Assembly: GCF_001194135.2 (NCBI RefSeq)
Contig: NC_068995.1
Coordinates: 13,377,174-13,441,173, forward strand
Direction of reading: 5' to 3'
From: Octopus bimaculoides
Lineage: Eukaryota
Length of the DNA: 64,000 bases
Positions 37,743-49,969 of the stretch are shown here, in pieces. The notes beneath the pieces are model-generated. The model was not told the origin of the DNA. It searched no databases and was given only the letters and a program-made list of their open reading frames with translations. The translations under genes and the position numbers were made by a program. Within the stretch, counting starts at the first letter, position 1. Each line of letters begins with the position of its first letter.

Positions 37743-38131
37743 TCTTTTATTCTTTTATTTGTTTCAGTCATCTGACTGCAGCCATGCTGGAGCACCGCCT
37801 TTAGTCGAGCAAATTGACCCCAGGACTTATTCTTTGTAAGCATAGTACTTATTCTATCGGTCTCTTTTGCCAAACCACTATGTTACGGGGACGTAAACAC
37901 ACCAACATCGTTTGTCTGGTGATGGTGGGGGGACAAACACAGACACACACACACACATATACATATATATATATACGACAGGCTTCTTTCAGTTTCCATA
38001 TACTGAATCCACTTACAAGGCTTTAGTTGGCCCAAGGCTATAGTAGAGGACAAGGTGCCACGCAATGGGGCTGAACCCAGAACCATGTCGTTGGTAAGCA
38101 AGCTACTTACCATACAGCCACTCCTGCGCCT
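37743..38131 (-). mobile_element. SINE family B, full length
   Basis: Complete tail-to-head on - strand; followed after (TA)n by an older + copy at 38163-38480. Confidence 0.88.
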
Positions 38132-38165
<34 letters not shown>

Positions 38166-39580
38166 AGTGTGGGGTTAGGAAGGTTGTATTGTGATCACAC
38201 GGTTTTGAGTTCAATCCCACTGCATGGCACCTTGAGCAAGTTTCTTCTACTATTGCCCCAGACCAACCAATGCATTGTAAGTGAATATGGTAGCCAGAAA
38301 CTGAAAGGAAGTTTATTGTGTTTGTCTCTACTACTTGCTTGACAACCAATGTTGGTTTGTTTATGTCCCACATAATTTAGTGGTTAGGCAAAAGAAACCA
38401 TTAGAATAAGTACTGGGGTCAATTTGTTTGACTAAATCTTACAGAGTGGTGCCCCAGCATGGCCAAAGTCCATATAAAAGAGAAAGAGGAGAATCAGTCT
38501 GAGCAGAGGATTAGTAATTTATTTAATAACCCCAAAAGGGTGACAGGCTAAGATGACTTTAAATTCAGAGCACAGGGACCTGAAACAAAAACCATAAGGC
38601 ATTCTATCCATTTCTGTAATAATTCTATTACTTTGTTACCTCCTGAGCAGTTCATAACTGGAAGTTATTTTAGAAAGACAGCCTAAGAATTTTTAGAATT
38701 ACTTTGGGTAAATATACCAATTTAGTGTGGAATTTGGAAAAATTGTTCAGCAAAATGGAAGAGAGTTGAGATGGTAATGTATATAGATAAGAGTTCATGT
38801 TCCAAAACTTTGAAATGTCAAGTGCTGTAGTACACAGACTTTTCGTACAAGCTATAGATATGTTAGCGTTAACATATTTTATATAGTGAGTATTTTGAAA
38901 TCTAATTATTCTCATAAAAATCAGCTGACAAGTTAGGAAGGGGAAAAAAAATGTTATTAGCTAGGATGTTGGTAGTAGCATTTTATGAAAATGTTGTCGG
39001 AAAGAATTTTGTAAATCCCAAGAATAAAAAAATATATATATATTTTTTTTTTTTTAATCTCTTGGCACACTGCTACAATGTTTCTGAGTTAATTACCACC
39101 ACTGACAGCAGCAGCATTTTAGACATCATTATCATGTCATCATCATTATCATCAACACAACCTCATAATTGAGAAATTTGGCTACTGTTTCTAGCAAGTT
39201 CAGCAGTAGTTCCCTCATTGGTCCAAGTGTTACTATGCAGCATAATGTTGTGTAATATTTGTAGTATGATCTAGTGTTGCTTGTTAAACTTTACTCTCTT
39301 CCCAATAAATAAGCCTTACCTATCCTCAATTTTCTTATTAACAGATATTTGCTAACATAAACCATAAGCTGTTTTCTCAGATTCTAAATGCTATCCTATA
39401 GGCACTGGCGTGGCTGTGTGTAGTAAGAAGCTAGCTTCTCAACTACATGGTCCAGGATTCAGTCCCATTGTGTGGCACTTTGAGCAAGTGTCTTCTACTA
39501 TAGCCTAGGAAAAAAACCCAAACCTTGTGAGTGGATTGCGTAACTGGAAACAGAAAGAAGCCCATCATTTATATATATAT

Positions 39581-39806
39581 ATCATCATCATCATCATTTA
39601 ACGTCCGCTTTCTATGCTAGCATGGGTTGGACGATTTGACTGAGGACTGGTGAAACCGGATGGCAACACCAGGCTCCAATCTAAATTTGGCAGAGTTTCT
39701 ACAGCTGGATGCCCTTCCTAACGCCAACCACTCAGAGAGTGTAGTAGGTGCTTTTACGTGTCACCTGCACGAAGGCCAGTCAGGCGATACTGGCAACGGC
39801 CACGCT
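39581..39806 (-). mobile_element. Young RTE LINE 3'UTR fragment, runs into gap
   Basis: CpG-intact UTR inserted in the microsatellite of a SINE B head (39399-39580). Confidence 0.8.
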
Positions 39807-40587
39807 NNNNNNNNNNNNNNNNNNNNNNNNNNNNNNNNNNNNNNNNNNNNNNNNNNNNNNNNNNNNNNNNNNNNNNNNNNNNNNNNNNNNNNNNNNNNNN
39901 NNNNNNNNNNNNNNNNNNNNNNNNNNNNNNNNNNNNNNNNNNNNNNNNNNNNNNNNNNNNNNNNNNNNNNNNNNNNNNNNNNNNNNNNNNNNNNNNNNNN
40001 NNNNNNNNNNNNNNNNNNNNNNNNNNNNNNNNNNNNNNNNNNNNNNNNNNNNNNNNNNNNNNNNNNNNNNNNNNNNNNNNNNNNNNNNNNNNNNNNNNNN
40101 NNNNNNNNNNNNNNNNNNNNNNNNNNNNNNNNNNNNNNNNNNNNNNNNNNNNNNNNNNNNNNNNNNNNNNNNNNNNNNNNNNNNNNNNNNNNNNNNNNNN
40201 NNNNNNNNNNNNNNNNNNNNNNNNNNNNNNNNNNNNNNNNNNNNNNNNNNNNNNNNNNNNNNNNNNNNNNNNNNNNNNNNNNNNNNNNNNNNNNNNNNNN
40301 NNNNNNNNNNNNNNNNNNNNNNNNNNNNNNNNNNNNNNNNNNNNNNNNNNNNNNNNNNNNNNNNNNNNNNNNNNNNNNNNNNNNNNNNNNNNNNNNNNNN
40401 NNNNNNNNNNNNNNNNNNNNNNNNNNNNNNNNNNNNNNNNNNNNNNNNNNNNNNNNNNNNNNNNNNNNNNNNNNNNNNNNNNNNNNNNNNNNNNNNNNNN
40501 NNNNNNNNNNNNNNNNNNNNNNNNNNNNNNNNNNNNNNNNNNNNNNNNNNNNNNNNNNNNNNNNNNNNNNNNNNNNNNNNNNNNNNN

Positions 40588-40937
40588 ATAGGATCGGGGT
40601 TTCAATTCCCAGACCGGGCGTTGTGAGTGTTTATTGAGCGAAAGCACCTAAAGCTCCACAAGGCTCCGGCAGGGGATGGTGGCAAACCCTGCTGTACTCT
40701 TTCACCACAACTTTCTCTCACTCTTTCTTCCTGATTCTGTTGTGCCTGTATTTCAAAGGGCCAGCCTTGTCACACTGTGTCATGCTGAATATCCCCGAGA
40801 ACTACGTTAAGGGTACACGTGTCTGTGGAGTGCTCAGCCACTTGCACGTTAATTTCATGAACAGGCTGTTCCGTTGATCGGATCAACTGGAACCCTTGAC
40901 ATTGTAGGCGACGGAGTGCCAACAATACAATACAATA
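40588..40937 (+). mobile_element. SINE family A (head partly in gap)
   Basis: Body and tail match the other A copies. Confidence 0.88.
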
Positions 40938-41277
40938 CACTGGTGTAATAATGCACAGCACTAACTATGAGAAATGAACTTCTAGAAAACTTTTATCTCA
41001 TGTTTTATATGCACTGATGTTCTTTCTCTCTCTTTCATTTTTTTGTAGTACTATGACGACTAGTAAAAAAAGGAGTTCTGTCAGATTTGTTTCATTTTAT
41101 TAATTTTTTTTATTTTATAATTACTGTATAAAATACATTAAAAAAGTTGGAGAAGTTCACAAATAGTGAACAAAATAGAAAACAAACTGGGATGCAACCC
41201 TTGAACTTTACTAGTGTAAAGTCAACACCTGCTGCCAAGCTAATATTGTAGAAATCACATGATCATGTGGGTGGGTA

Positions 41278-41310
<33 letters not shown>

Positions 41311-41684
41311 TTCTAGGAAGTCAATTTGATTATGATAATGATCAAGTATTTAAATAAATTTATATTGAATTTTGCTATTCAGATCCTACAGTGAGGCACA
41401 TATGGGTGTGTTGTCATTGGGAAATAAAGTACTTAACATTTAAGCATGGGTTGTTAAAACTCTTCTAATGTTTTTATGGTGTTTTTTTTTTCTTTTGAAC
41501 AACAGACATTTAGGATCTGTCAGTGTTTGTAATATATATATATGAAGAACATTGCTTTTAATTATGTAATGCATATGATTTAATATGATATTAAAATAAT
41601 TTTAATAAAATAAGGTCATATTTTTATATAATTTGTGTGCACATGTCTATGTGTGTGTGTATAAATGAATTCTGTAAACTCTCT

Positions 41685-42067
41685 CTCTTTTACTTGTTTC
41701 AGTCATTTGACTGTGGCCATGCTGGAGCACTGCCTTTAGTCGAGCAAATCGACCCCAGGACTTATTTTTTGTAAGCCGAGTACTTATTCTATCGGTCTCT
41801 TTTGCCAAACCACTAAGTTACGGGGACGTAAACACATCAGCATCGGTTGTCAAGCGATGTTGGGGGGACAAACACAAACATATACATACACATACATATA
41901 TATATACGACGGGCTTCTTTCAGTTTCCATCTACCAAATCCACTCACATGGCTTTGGTCGGCCCGAGGCTATAGTAGAAGACACTTGCCCAAGGTGCCAC
42001 GTAGTGGGAATGAACCCGGAACCATGTGGTTGGTAAGCAAGCTACTTACCACACAGCCACTCCTGCA
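41685..42067 (-). mobile_element. SINE family B, full length
   Basis: High identity to the other B copies. Confidence 0.9.
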
Positions 42068-42643
42068 GCGTGTATATCTGTTTAATTTGTTTTCCGTGAA
42101 TGCCTCATAATGTACTCTTAAAAGCTCCCGTCAGCTACCGCCTGTCACTCATTTTCCTGTATAATTTAATGGAATGGTTTCACAAATTATTATTATTATC
42201 ATATAAATATGTGTGTGAGTATAATATACATACATATTGTTAAGAAGTTGCAAAGTGACTCAAGAGACATGAGTTTTGTGTACGACTCTTACCAAATTGC
42301 CAGTGCATGAAACTCTCAGCCTTTGAGTCACTCCGTAATTTCTGCCAAGTAGATTATATATATATATTAAACGATTGTAACAATATATTGACTGGATCGT
42401 CACAGCTGGAACACCACTTGGTGTTATTACGTACTATAGCAGGTTATTAAAACACATTTTTAGTTTATGTTCTGGTAGTAGCATACACACCCACATCCAT
42501 ACACCCACGCACACCCATATACACACACGTGCACACACACACGCATAAATATATTGATAGAAAGGACAACAAAAGAAAGAAAGAGACCATGATATTATGT
42601 AAATAGAGGAATTTATCTGTAAAAATATGTGACACTTATTTTT

Positions 42644-42682
<39 letters not shown>

Positions 42683-43806
42683 TATTTATANNNNNNNNNN
42701 NNNNNNNNNNNNNNNNNNNNNNNNNNNNNNNNNNNNNNNNNNNNNNNNNNNNNNNNNNNNNNNNNNNNNNNNNNNNNNNNNNNNNNNNNNNNNNNNNNNN
42801 NNNNNNNNNNNNNNNNNNNNNNNNNNNNNNNNNNNNNNNNNNNNNNNNNNNNNNNNNNNNNNNNNNNNNNNNNNNNNNNNNNNNNNNNNNNNNNNNNNNN
42901 NNNNNNNNNNNNNNNNNNNNNNNNNNNNNNNNNNNNNNNNNNNNNNNNNNNNNNNNNNNNNNNNNNNNNNNNNNNNNNNNNNNNNNNNNNNNNNNNNNNN
43001 NNNNNNNNNNNNNNNNNNNNNNNNNNNNNNNNNNNNNNNNNNNNNNNNNNNNNNNNNNNNNNNNNNNNNNNNNNNNNNNNNNNNNNNNNNNNNNNNNNNN
43101 NNNNNNNNNNNNNNNNNNNNNNNNNNNNNNNNNNNNNNNNNNNNNNNNNNNNNNNNNNNNNNNNNNNNNNNNNNNNNNNNNNNNNNNNNNNNNNNNNNNN
43201 NNNNNNNNNNNNNNNNNNNNNNNNNNNNNNNNNNNNNNNNNNNNNNNNNNNNNNNNNNNNNNNNNNNNNNNNNNNNNNNNNNNNNNNNNNNNNNNNNNNN
43301 NNNNNNNNNNNNNNNNNNNNNNNNNNNNNNNNNNNNNNNNNNNNNNNNNNNNNNNNNNNNNNNNNNNNNNNNNNNNNNNNNNNNNNNNNNNNNNNNNNNN
43401 NNNNNNNNNNNNNNNNNNNNNNNNNNNNNNNNNNNNNNNNNNNNNNNNNNNNNNNNNNNNNNNNNNNNNNNNAAACTACAAAGCAGCTTATGAACAGCGA
43501 CTTGGGATATTCTGTTCTTTAGCTATTTCTGTATCAGCTTTATATTTTACTACTAAATAGTAAAATGACTATAATCAATACAATCTCTCTCATGGGCACA
43601 CTCATGAAATATAATAGACGTGTATTGTATTCATCATAATTTTAATGTTCACTTTTCTATACTTGCCTGAGTTTATTGACACAATATTTTCCTATAGCCA
43701 AACATCTTCAAGCTGAATAATGGAAAAGGATAATTTTCATTTATGAAATTATTTGATGTCAAGGCAAGGAGATGCAAATGTACTCACATTCGGACATACA
43801 TATATT

Positions 43807-44315
43807 TATGAAGGGGAAGGATGAAAAGGTCCTGGCTTTGGGTAAAAGATAATACAGGAGTTTTATCAGTTAATTAGGATTTTATTCAATGTATTCCCCT
43901 CTCAGATTCACACACCTATTGCAGCGGTCCTTCAGTTTTTCTAAACCCTGTAAAAGGAACAAAGAAGGTTGGGTCTCCAACCAAGTCTTTCATGATACCC
44001 TTAAAGGCAGGAACTTTTCAGTACACACTAATATATATATATACATACATACATATATAAACATACATACATATATATATACACACACATACATACAAAA
44101 GTGGGGTTAAGTTCCTGGCTTTAGGTAAAGGAAAACACTGGAATTATATCAGTTAATTAGGATTTTATTCAACATATTCCCCTCTCAGATTCACACACTT
44201 ATTGCAGTGGTCCTTCAGTTTTTCCAAGCCCTCCAAGAGAATTAGGAAGTTTGGGACTCCGACCAAGCCTTTCATGATACCCTTAAAATCAGAAACTTTT
44301 CAGCAGCCCCTCATA
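43807..44315. mobile_element. Two tandem mariner-type MITEs (43807-44030, 44094-44315)
   Basis: TIRs like GGGTGCTGAAAAGTTCCTGGCTTT/AAAGCCAGGAACTTTTCAGCACCC with TA ends; third copy at 47046-47240. Confidence 0.75.
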
Positions 44316-44558
44316 TATGTATATGCATAACTGAAAGGTTCCATTTTCCAGTACTCAGAATTACTTATTTCTGAACATCAGCTGGTAAACCAAGCCTCAT
44401 TTTATTTATAATCTATTAAAGAATTCTTTACATTTAGGTACAGGCGTGGCTGTGTGGTAAGAAGCTTACTTCTCAACCACATGGTTCCGGGTTCAGTCCT
44501 ACTGCATGGCACCTTGAGTAAGTGTTCTACTAGAGCCTCGAGTGTGGATTTGGTAGAT

Positions 44559-44818
44559 TGCAGCCCTCCTGTGAAATCCAGCTTGTGCAGCTCCCGGCAA
44601 ACAGTTTTTGTGGAAACTGGGTTCTCGAGGTGGTCATTAAGCTCTGCAGTAATTTGGGGAGCTGTACTTTTGTGATCCTTTCTAATAATTCATGTAAGAG
44701 TCCGACAATCCCTATCGGAAAGTTTTGGTTTTCTTCCAGAGTTTTGTTTCAATGAGGAGGTTTTTCCCTCTTTCTCAAAGGCTGTCATTACTTTCAAGAC
44801 AGTTCTTCTTGTACTGAA
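44559..44818 (-). pseudogene. Tc1-like transposase remnant (DNA-binding region)
   Basis: STRRTVLKVMTAFEKEGKTSSLKQNSGRKPKLSDRDCRTLT*IIRKDHKSTAPQITAELNDHLENPVSTKTVCRELHK/AGFHRRAA has the Tc1 GR(P/K) motif and second HTH. Confidence 0.85.
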
Positions 44819-44821
44819 AAT

Positions 44822-44926
44822 AATTGGAGACCTTTAGCACAGTATGGGGACAGTGCACTACCGCATAGAGGTGTGTATGAGTGGATCAAGAAGTTTAAAA
44901 GAGGCTGGTGAAGCATGAAGCATGAA
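44822..44926 (+). pseudogene. Mariner transposase N-terminal HTH remnant
   Basis: LAQYGDSALPHRGVYEWIKKFKRGW*SMKHE matches the mariner pattern YG..xLxxRxVYxWxxxFKxGRxSxxxE. Confidence 0.8.
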
Positions 44927-45348
44927 AATTCAGCAAGCTCGAGAGATGGTAATGGTGAACCACTTCACCATTACCATCTCTCAGATCCCTGCTTTTTGTT
45001 CTTTTTCGGTGCACATTGCTAGTGGAGCAGCCATACTTACACTGTAAAGTGAGAAAGAAAAATAGCACAATTGGGCTCAAACTTCAATCTCGTGACCTCA
45101 ATAGTACCAACTATCAGGAACTTTTCAACACCCCTTCGTGTTACAGCATAATGTTATTTGAGGTAGATTTGGCTATCATTTCCATCAAGTCTAGCTAACA
45201 GCACTAAATGAATGAATTTCACATGTAGTCATCATCATCATCATTGTTTAACATCTGCCTTCCATGCTAGAATTCGTTATAATATATGCTAAGTAATATA
45301 ATTCAGTTTTCTAATTTACTGTAACTTTCTTTTCTTCTTCCATTTCAG

Positions 45349-45397
45349 CCAAAAGATTTTGTGAGCCTAAGCATGAGAGACGGCCATGGAAAATATG
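45349..45397 (+). CDS. STIMATE: STIMATE/TMEM110 coding exon 2 (49 nt)
   Basis: Pyrimidine tract and ttcag acceptor, then CC AAA AGA TTT TGT GAG CCT AAG CAT GAG AGA CGG CCA TGG AAA ATA TG|gtaatt = (A)KRFCEPKHERRPWKI(W), matching human LKRFREPKHERRPWRIW. Phases fit both neighbours. Confidence 0.95.
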
Positions 45398-45468
45398 GTA
45401 ATTATCTGATGATTGAGATTTTTGTTATTACTTTAGAATGAGGGGCTAAGTACCTTTGTTTTTATCTA

Positions 45469-45860
45469 AGTGCAGGTGTGGTTCTGCAGTAAGGAGTTTG
45501 CTTCCAAACCACATGGTTCCAGCTTCATTCCCACTGCATGACACCTTGGGCAGGTGTCTTCTACTATAGCCTCAGGCTGACCAAAGCCTTGTGAGTGGAT
45601 TTGGTAGACAGAAACAGAAAGAAGCCTGTCATGTGTGTGTGTGTGTCTTTGCCTCTGTGTTTGTCCCCCATCACCATCTGACAACCAGTGTAGGTGTATT
45701 TATGTCCCCATAACTTAGCAGTTCAGCAAACGAGAGATGATAGAATAAGTACCAGGCTTTAAAGAAAAATAAGTACCGAGATCATTTTGTTTGACTGAAA
45801 TCCTTCAAGGAGATGCCCCAGCATGGCCACAATCTAATGACACACAAATGAAAGATAAAA
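45469..45860 (+). mobile_element. SINE family B, 71 nt downstream of exon 2
   Basis: Diverged full-length copy. Confidence 0.8.
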
Positions 45861-45952
45861 GATCTATGTCTATTTACTGTCACCAGAATCAACTTTGCTT
45901 TGCATTCTTCTAGATCTGATGAAATAAATACCTGCCATATACTGGGGTCAAT

Positions 45953-46184
45953 TCTTATTTCTTTATTGCCCATAAGGGACTAAACATAGAGGAGACAAAC
46001 AAAGATAGACAAAGGGATTAAGTCAATTACATCGACCCCAGTGCATAACTGGTATTTAATTTATTGACCCTGAAAGGATGAAAAGCAAAGTCGACCTCAG
46101 CAGAATTTGAACTCACAACGTAACCGCAGACGAAATACTGCTAAGCATTTCGTCCGGCGTGCTAACGTTTCTGCCAGCTTGCTG
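45953..46184 (-). mobile_element. SINE family D, full length
   Basis: Complete reverse-complement copy with tRNA-like head. Confidence 0.82.
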
Positions 46185-46682
46185 CTACTGGGGTCAATTC
46201 TGTCAACTGTATCCTTTCCTTCCACATTTGTGGCATTGAATTGATGAGAAATCATATCATTTTTGGTATTTGATTATGACCATTTACATTTAAAGTTCAA
46301 CTCTCTTGCCAGGGTCAACTTTACCGTACACCTCTCTGGGGTTAATAAAATAAAGTGTCAATGTTAAAAATTATTATTATTTTTACTGTTTGTATTGTTG
46401 TTCCAAAGTCAATAAGTANNNNNNNNNNNNNNNNNNNNNNNNNNNNNNNNNNNNNNNNNNNNNNNNNNNNNNNNNNNNNNNNNNNNNNNNNNNNNNNNNN
46501 NNNNNNNNNNNNNNNNNNNNNNNNNNNNNNNNNNNNNNNNNNNNNNNNNNNNNNATATATATATATATATATATATATGTGTGGTGGGGGGAATAAGTTC
46601 AAAAGAGAACAAGTCAAACTTTTTGAGAGGTCCAAAAAGAGAGAAAGAATGATTTCTAATAAAGATTTAATCCTTTTTTGTA

Positions 46683-46911
46683 TTAACTCTTTCATTACTG
46701 TATTTATTTTGAGATGCTACGTGTTTCTCTCAATTATTTTAGATGTAACAAAGAAGTTAGTAAAATAACTTAATTATCATTAAGCTAGTGTTAGGAACAT
46801 AAATTGTGACTAAGGTTTGGTGGAGAATTTTAATTCAAAACTTATGAAAACAAGACATTTGTACTACAGAGCCAGAGCCGGTTTCAGCCGGGTTGGTAAC
46901 AAAAGGATTAA
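46683..46911. mobile_element. piggyBac-type MITE (E subfamily)
   Basis: TTAA-CTCTTTC ... AAAAGGA-TTAA; near-identical to 15117-15346. Confidence 0.78.
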
Positions 46912-47045
46912 ATCTAATTTTGATTCGACATTTTTTTTCTCCTCCATTTTTCTATAATTGTTTATGGTATTCTTATACCTATAACGATATTTTTACACAC
47001 ACATACATATATGCATTTATATACACACACACACACTCACACAAA

Positions 47046-47240
47046 CGGGTGCTGAAAAGTTCCTGGCTTTAGGTAAAAGAAAATACAGACAGATCAGTTA
47101 TGTTCCCTCTTAGATTTACACACTTATTGCATCGGTCCCTCAATTTTTCTAAGCTCTGTAAAAGAACTCGGAAGGTTGGACCTTCAACCAGGCCTTTTGT
47201 GATACCCTCAAAGCCAGCAAGTTTTCAGCACTCCCTTGTA
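47046..47240. mobile_element. Mariner-type MITE
   Basis: About 24-bp TIRs; ends in TA. Confidence 0.78.
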
Positions 47241-47540
47241 TGTGTGTATGTATAAAATCAATATCTTGAATAAAAGTGCATGTCAATATTTTCAGTAAAA
47301 GTGGAAATCTCTGTGTGTGTGTGTGTGTGTAAAGCTCAATATCTTGTATAAAACTACAAATATATCAATATCTCAGGTAAAAGTATGTGTGTTTGTGTGT
47401 GTGTGGATGTGTGTAGTGTACACATACCACACACAGAATAAACAGTCTTTTTCTTTTTTTCCTTTCCATATGTTAATTGAAAAGGAGTGTTGTACAGCTC
47501 TCAGTACTATGTTCACAGAAGTTATCACAACTACATATAT

Positions 47541-47870
47541 AGTGCAGGAGTGGCTGTGTGGTAATTAGCTTGTTTACCAACCACATGGTCTCGGGTTCAG
47601 TCCCACTGCGTGGCACCTTGGGCAAGTGTCTTCTACTATAGCCTCGGGCCGACCAATGCCTTGTGAGTGGGTTTGGTAGACGGAAACTGAAAGAAGCCCA
47701 CTTGACAACTGATGCTGGTGTGTTTAGGTCCCTGTAACTTAGTGGTTCAGCAAAAGAGACCAATAGAATAAGTACTAGGCTTACAAAGAATGTCCTGGGG
47801 TCGATTTGCTCAACTAAAGATGTTGCTCCAGCATGGCCACAGTCAAATTACTGAGACAAGTAAAAGAGTA
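47541..47870 (+). mobile_element. SINE family B with the central microsatellite block deleted
   Basis: gaaagaagccca is joined directly to cttgacaactgatg. Confidence 0.85.
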
Positions 47871-48511
47871 TGTATACACACACACACACACACACAAATT
47901 CATCTTAGTCATTATATTATAATTTCCCAAGATGTTAGTTCACTTTAGTTTGCTGAATTTTGACACAGTGTGAATGTCTTGCATTTCACTCACACGTTTT
48001 TGTTCAAATTCCTTTGTTGTTTTCCAAGCTTATTCTCTAAATTTAAATCTATTGAAATATGGTACGATATGGCTGGTATGTGTGTACATTGATGGTCTTC
48101 GTTTGTCATGTTGATTTTTTATATCATCATCATCATTTAACATCCATTATATATGAAATGTAACAAACACAAACAAAATGAAGAGACAGCACACAAGGGA
48201 TAAGTTTTAACACATATTGTATCAGTTTAACACTTAAAAGAATGAAGAAAAAGAGTCTTAACATTTCGGACGTTTGTCCTTCATCAATGGTAAAACATAA
48301 GAGAAGTGGGAAAATACAGCTGAGAGGTTAGAAGACAGCTGGGAATGCATTTACCTGGAGCAGAGAGTTAAGAAAAATGTGTATGTGTGTTCATGTATAT
48401 ATATATATGTGTGTGTGTGTGTATGTAGAGACAGAGAGAAAGTAAGTGGGGAGAAAGTAAGGTGAAATGATGTGCCAAATGCATAAATGCTAAAATATAA
48501 GCAGACATCTT

Positions 48512-48721
48512 TTAACCTTTTAGCATTTAAAATGGTCAAATCTGATTTATGTTCAAAGTAGCCAGATTTGGCCATTCACACCTATCCTACAATGTCATTT
48601 AAAAAATAAACAATCACATAATTGAAACCTCAAAGCTATGAGATAATGCATGATTAATTCTAAACGATGTGAATAAATGAGCTTAATATTTGACAAAGTA
48701 ATCTGAATGCTGAAGGGTTAA
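48512..48721. mobile_element. piggyBac-type MITE F
   Basis: TTAACCTTTTAGCATT ... AATGCTGAAGGGTTAA. Confidence 0.78.
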
Positions 48722-49055
48722 AGTAATAAGATATTTTTTAAAAAAATGGAAAGGAAACAATGCAATATTTTTTTATAACAATTAAACAAAAATTATTAAA
48801 GTATTAATTAGTAATTTTCCCTCAAAATATTTCAAAATTAATGCAAATTAAGTAAAAAAAAGAAACATTTGGCATACTAAAAATTAGTGTGAGTTTGGCC
48901 AGATGAGAGATGTTTTTGATCCCAATTTTCTCATGATTTTGTTGTAAGAATTGCAATTTTGTCCTGGTGAAAGCAGAAGTTTGGTAACACCTCAAGTGGG
49001 CATGGCTGTATAATTAAGAACCTCACCCCACCTCCTGCTCTTCTTCCTCCTCATC

Positions 49056-49550
49056 ATCATCATTTAAAGTCTATTTCCCATGCTGACATGGGTCAGACAG
49101 TTTGACTGGAGCTGGCCAGGTACCAATTGTTTGTTTTGGCATGGTTTCTATGGCTGGATACCCTTCCTAAAGTGCTAGGTGCTTTTTACATGACACCGGC
49201 ACAAGTACTTTAACATGACACTGGCACAAGTGCTTCAATGTGACACCGGCACAAGTACTTTAATGTGACACCAGCCCAAGTGCTTCAATGTGACACTGGC
49301 AGAAGTACTTTAACATGGTGCCAGCACAACTGCTTGTTATGTGGCACTAGCACATGTACATTATATGTGCATTTTATGTGACACCTGCACGAGTGCATTC
49401 ATTATATATGACACCAGCATGTGTGCATTTTATGCAATGCCAACGTTAGTGCATTTTACATCACACCAACAAATGCATTTTACATGACGCCAGCATGAGT
49501 TCATTTTATGTGACGCTGGCACCAGCACAAGCGCTTTTTACATTATGCTG
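49056..49550 (-). repeat. RTE 3'UTR end (49056-49187) continuing into a ~25-bp minisatellite (49188-49550)
   Basis: Units ACATGACACCGGCACAAGTACTTTA / ACATGACACTGGCACAAGTGCTTCA..., about 14 units decaying rightward. Confidence 0.85.
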
Positions 49551-49909
49551 ACAAAGACCATAGTGGACTTGCCTGGATGCATGGTTAACCGCAGTTTTAC
49601 TTAACTTGACATATAGTTTCTATTTCAGTCCCACTGGAACAAGTACTTTCCACCATAATTCAAGTTAATCCAAAACATGAGTAACATTGGATAGAGAGAA
49701 ACTGTGCAGAAGCCTACACTTGCTTTTGGATAGTGTACTTAATCCATTAATCCATCACCAGGTTTAAAGATAATGACATCTGGCCATTGGATACCTTTAT
49801 CAAAACCCTTTATGTTGTATTTGGACCAGAAATTCGGTATTAATATCTTTTGAGCAACACTTCCTATTACAGTACCTTATGATTCATGGTTTTGTTGCCC
49901 TTCTCTCTT

Positions 49910-49969
<60 letters not shown>

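Noticed and set aside
49188-49550. CRISPR-like appearance of the 25-bp array
   Set aside because: Units are contiguous with no unique spacers, there are no cas genes, and the context is eukaryotic.
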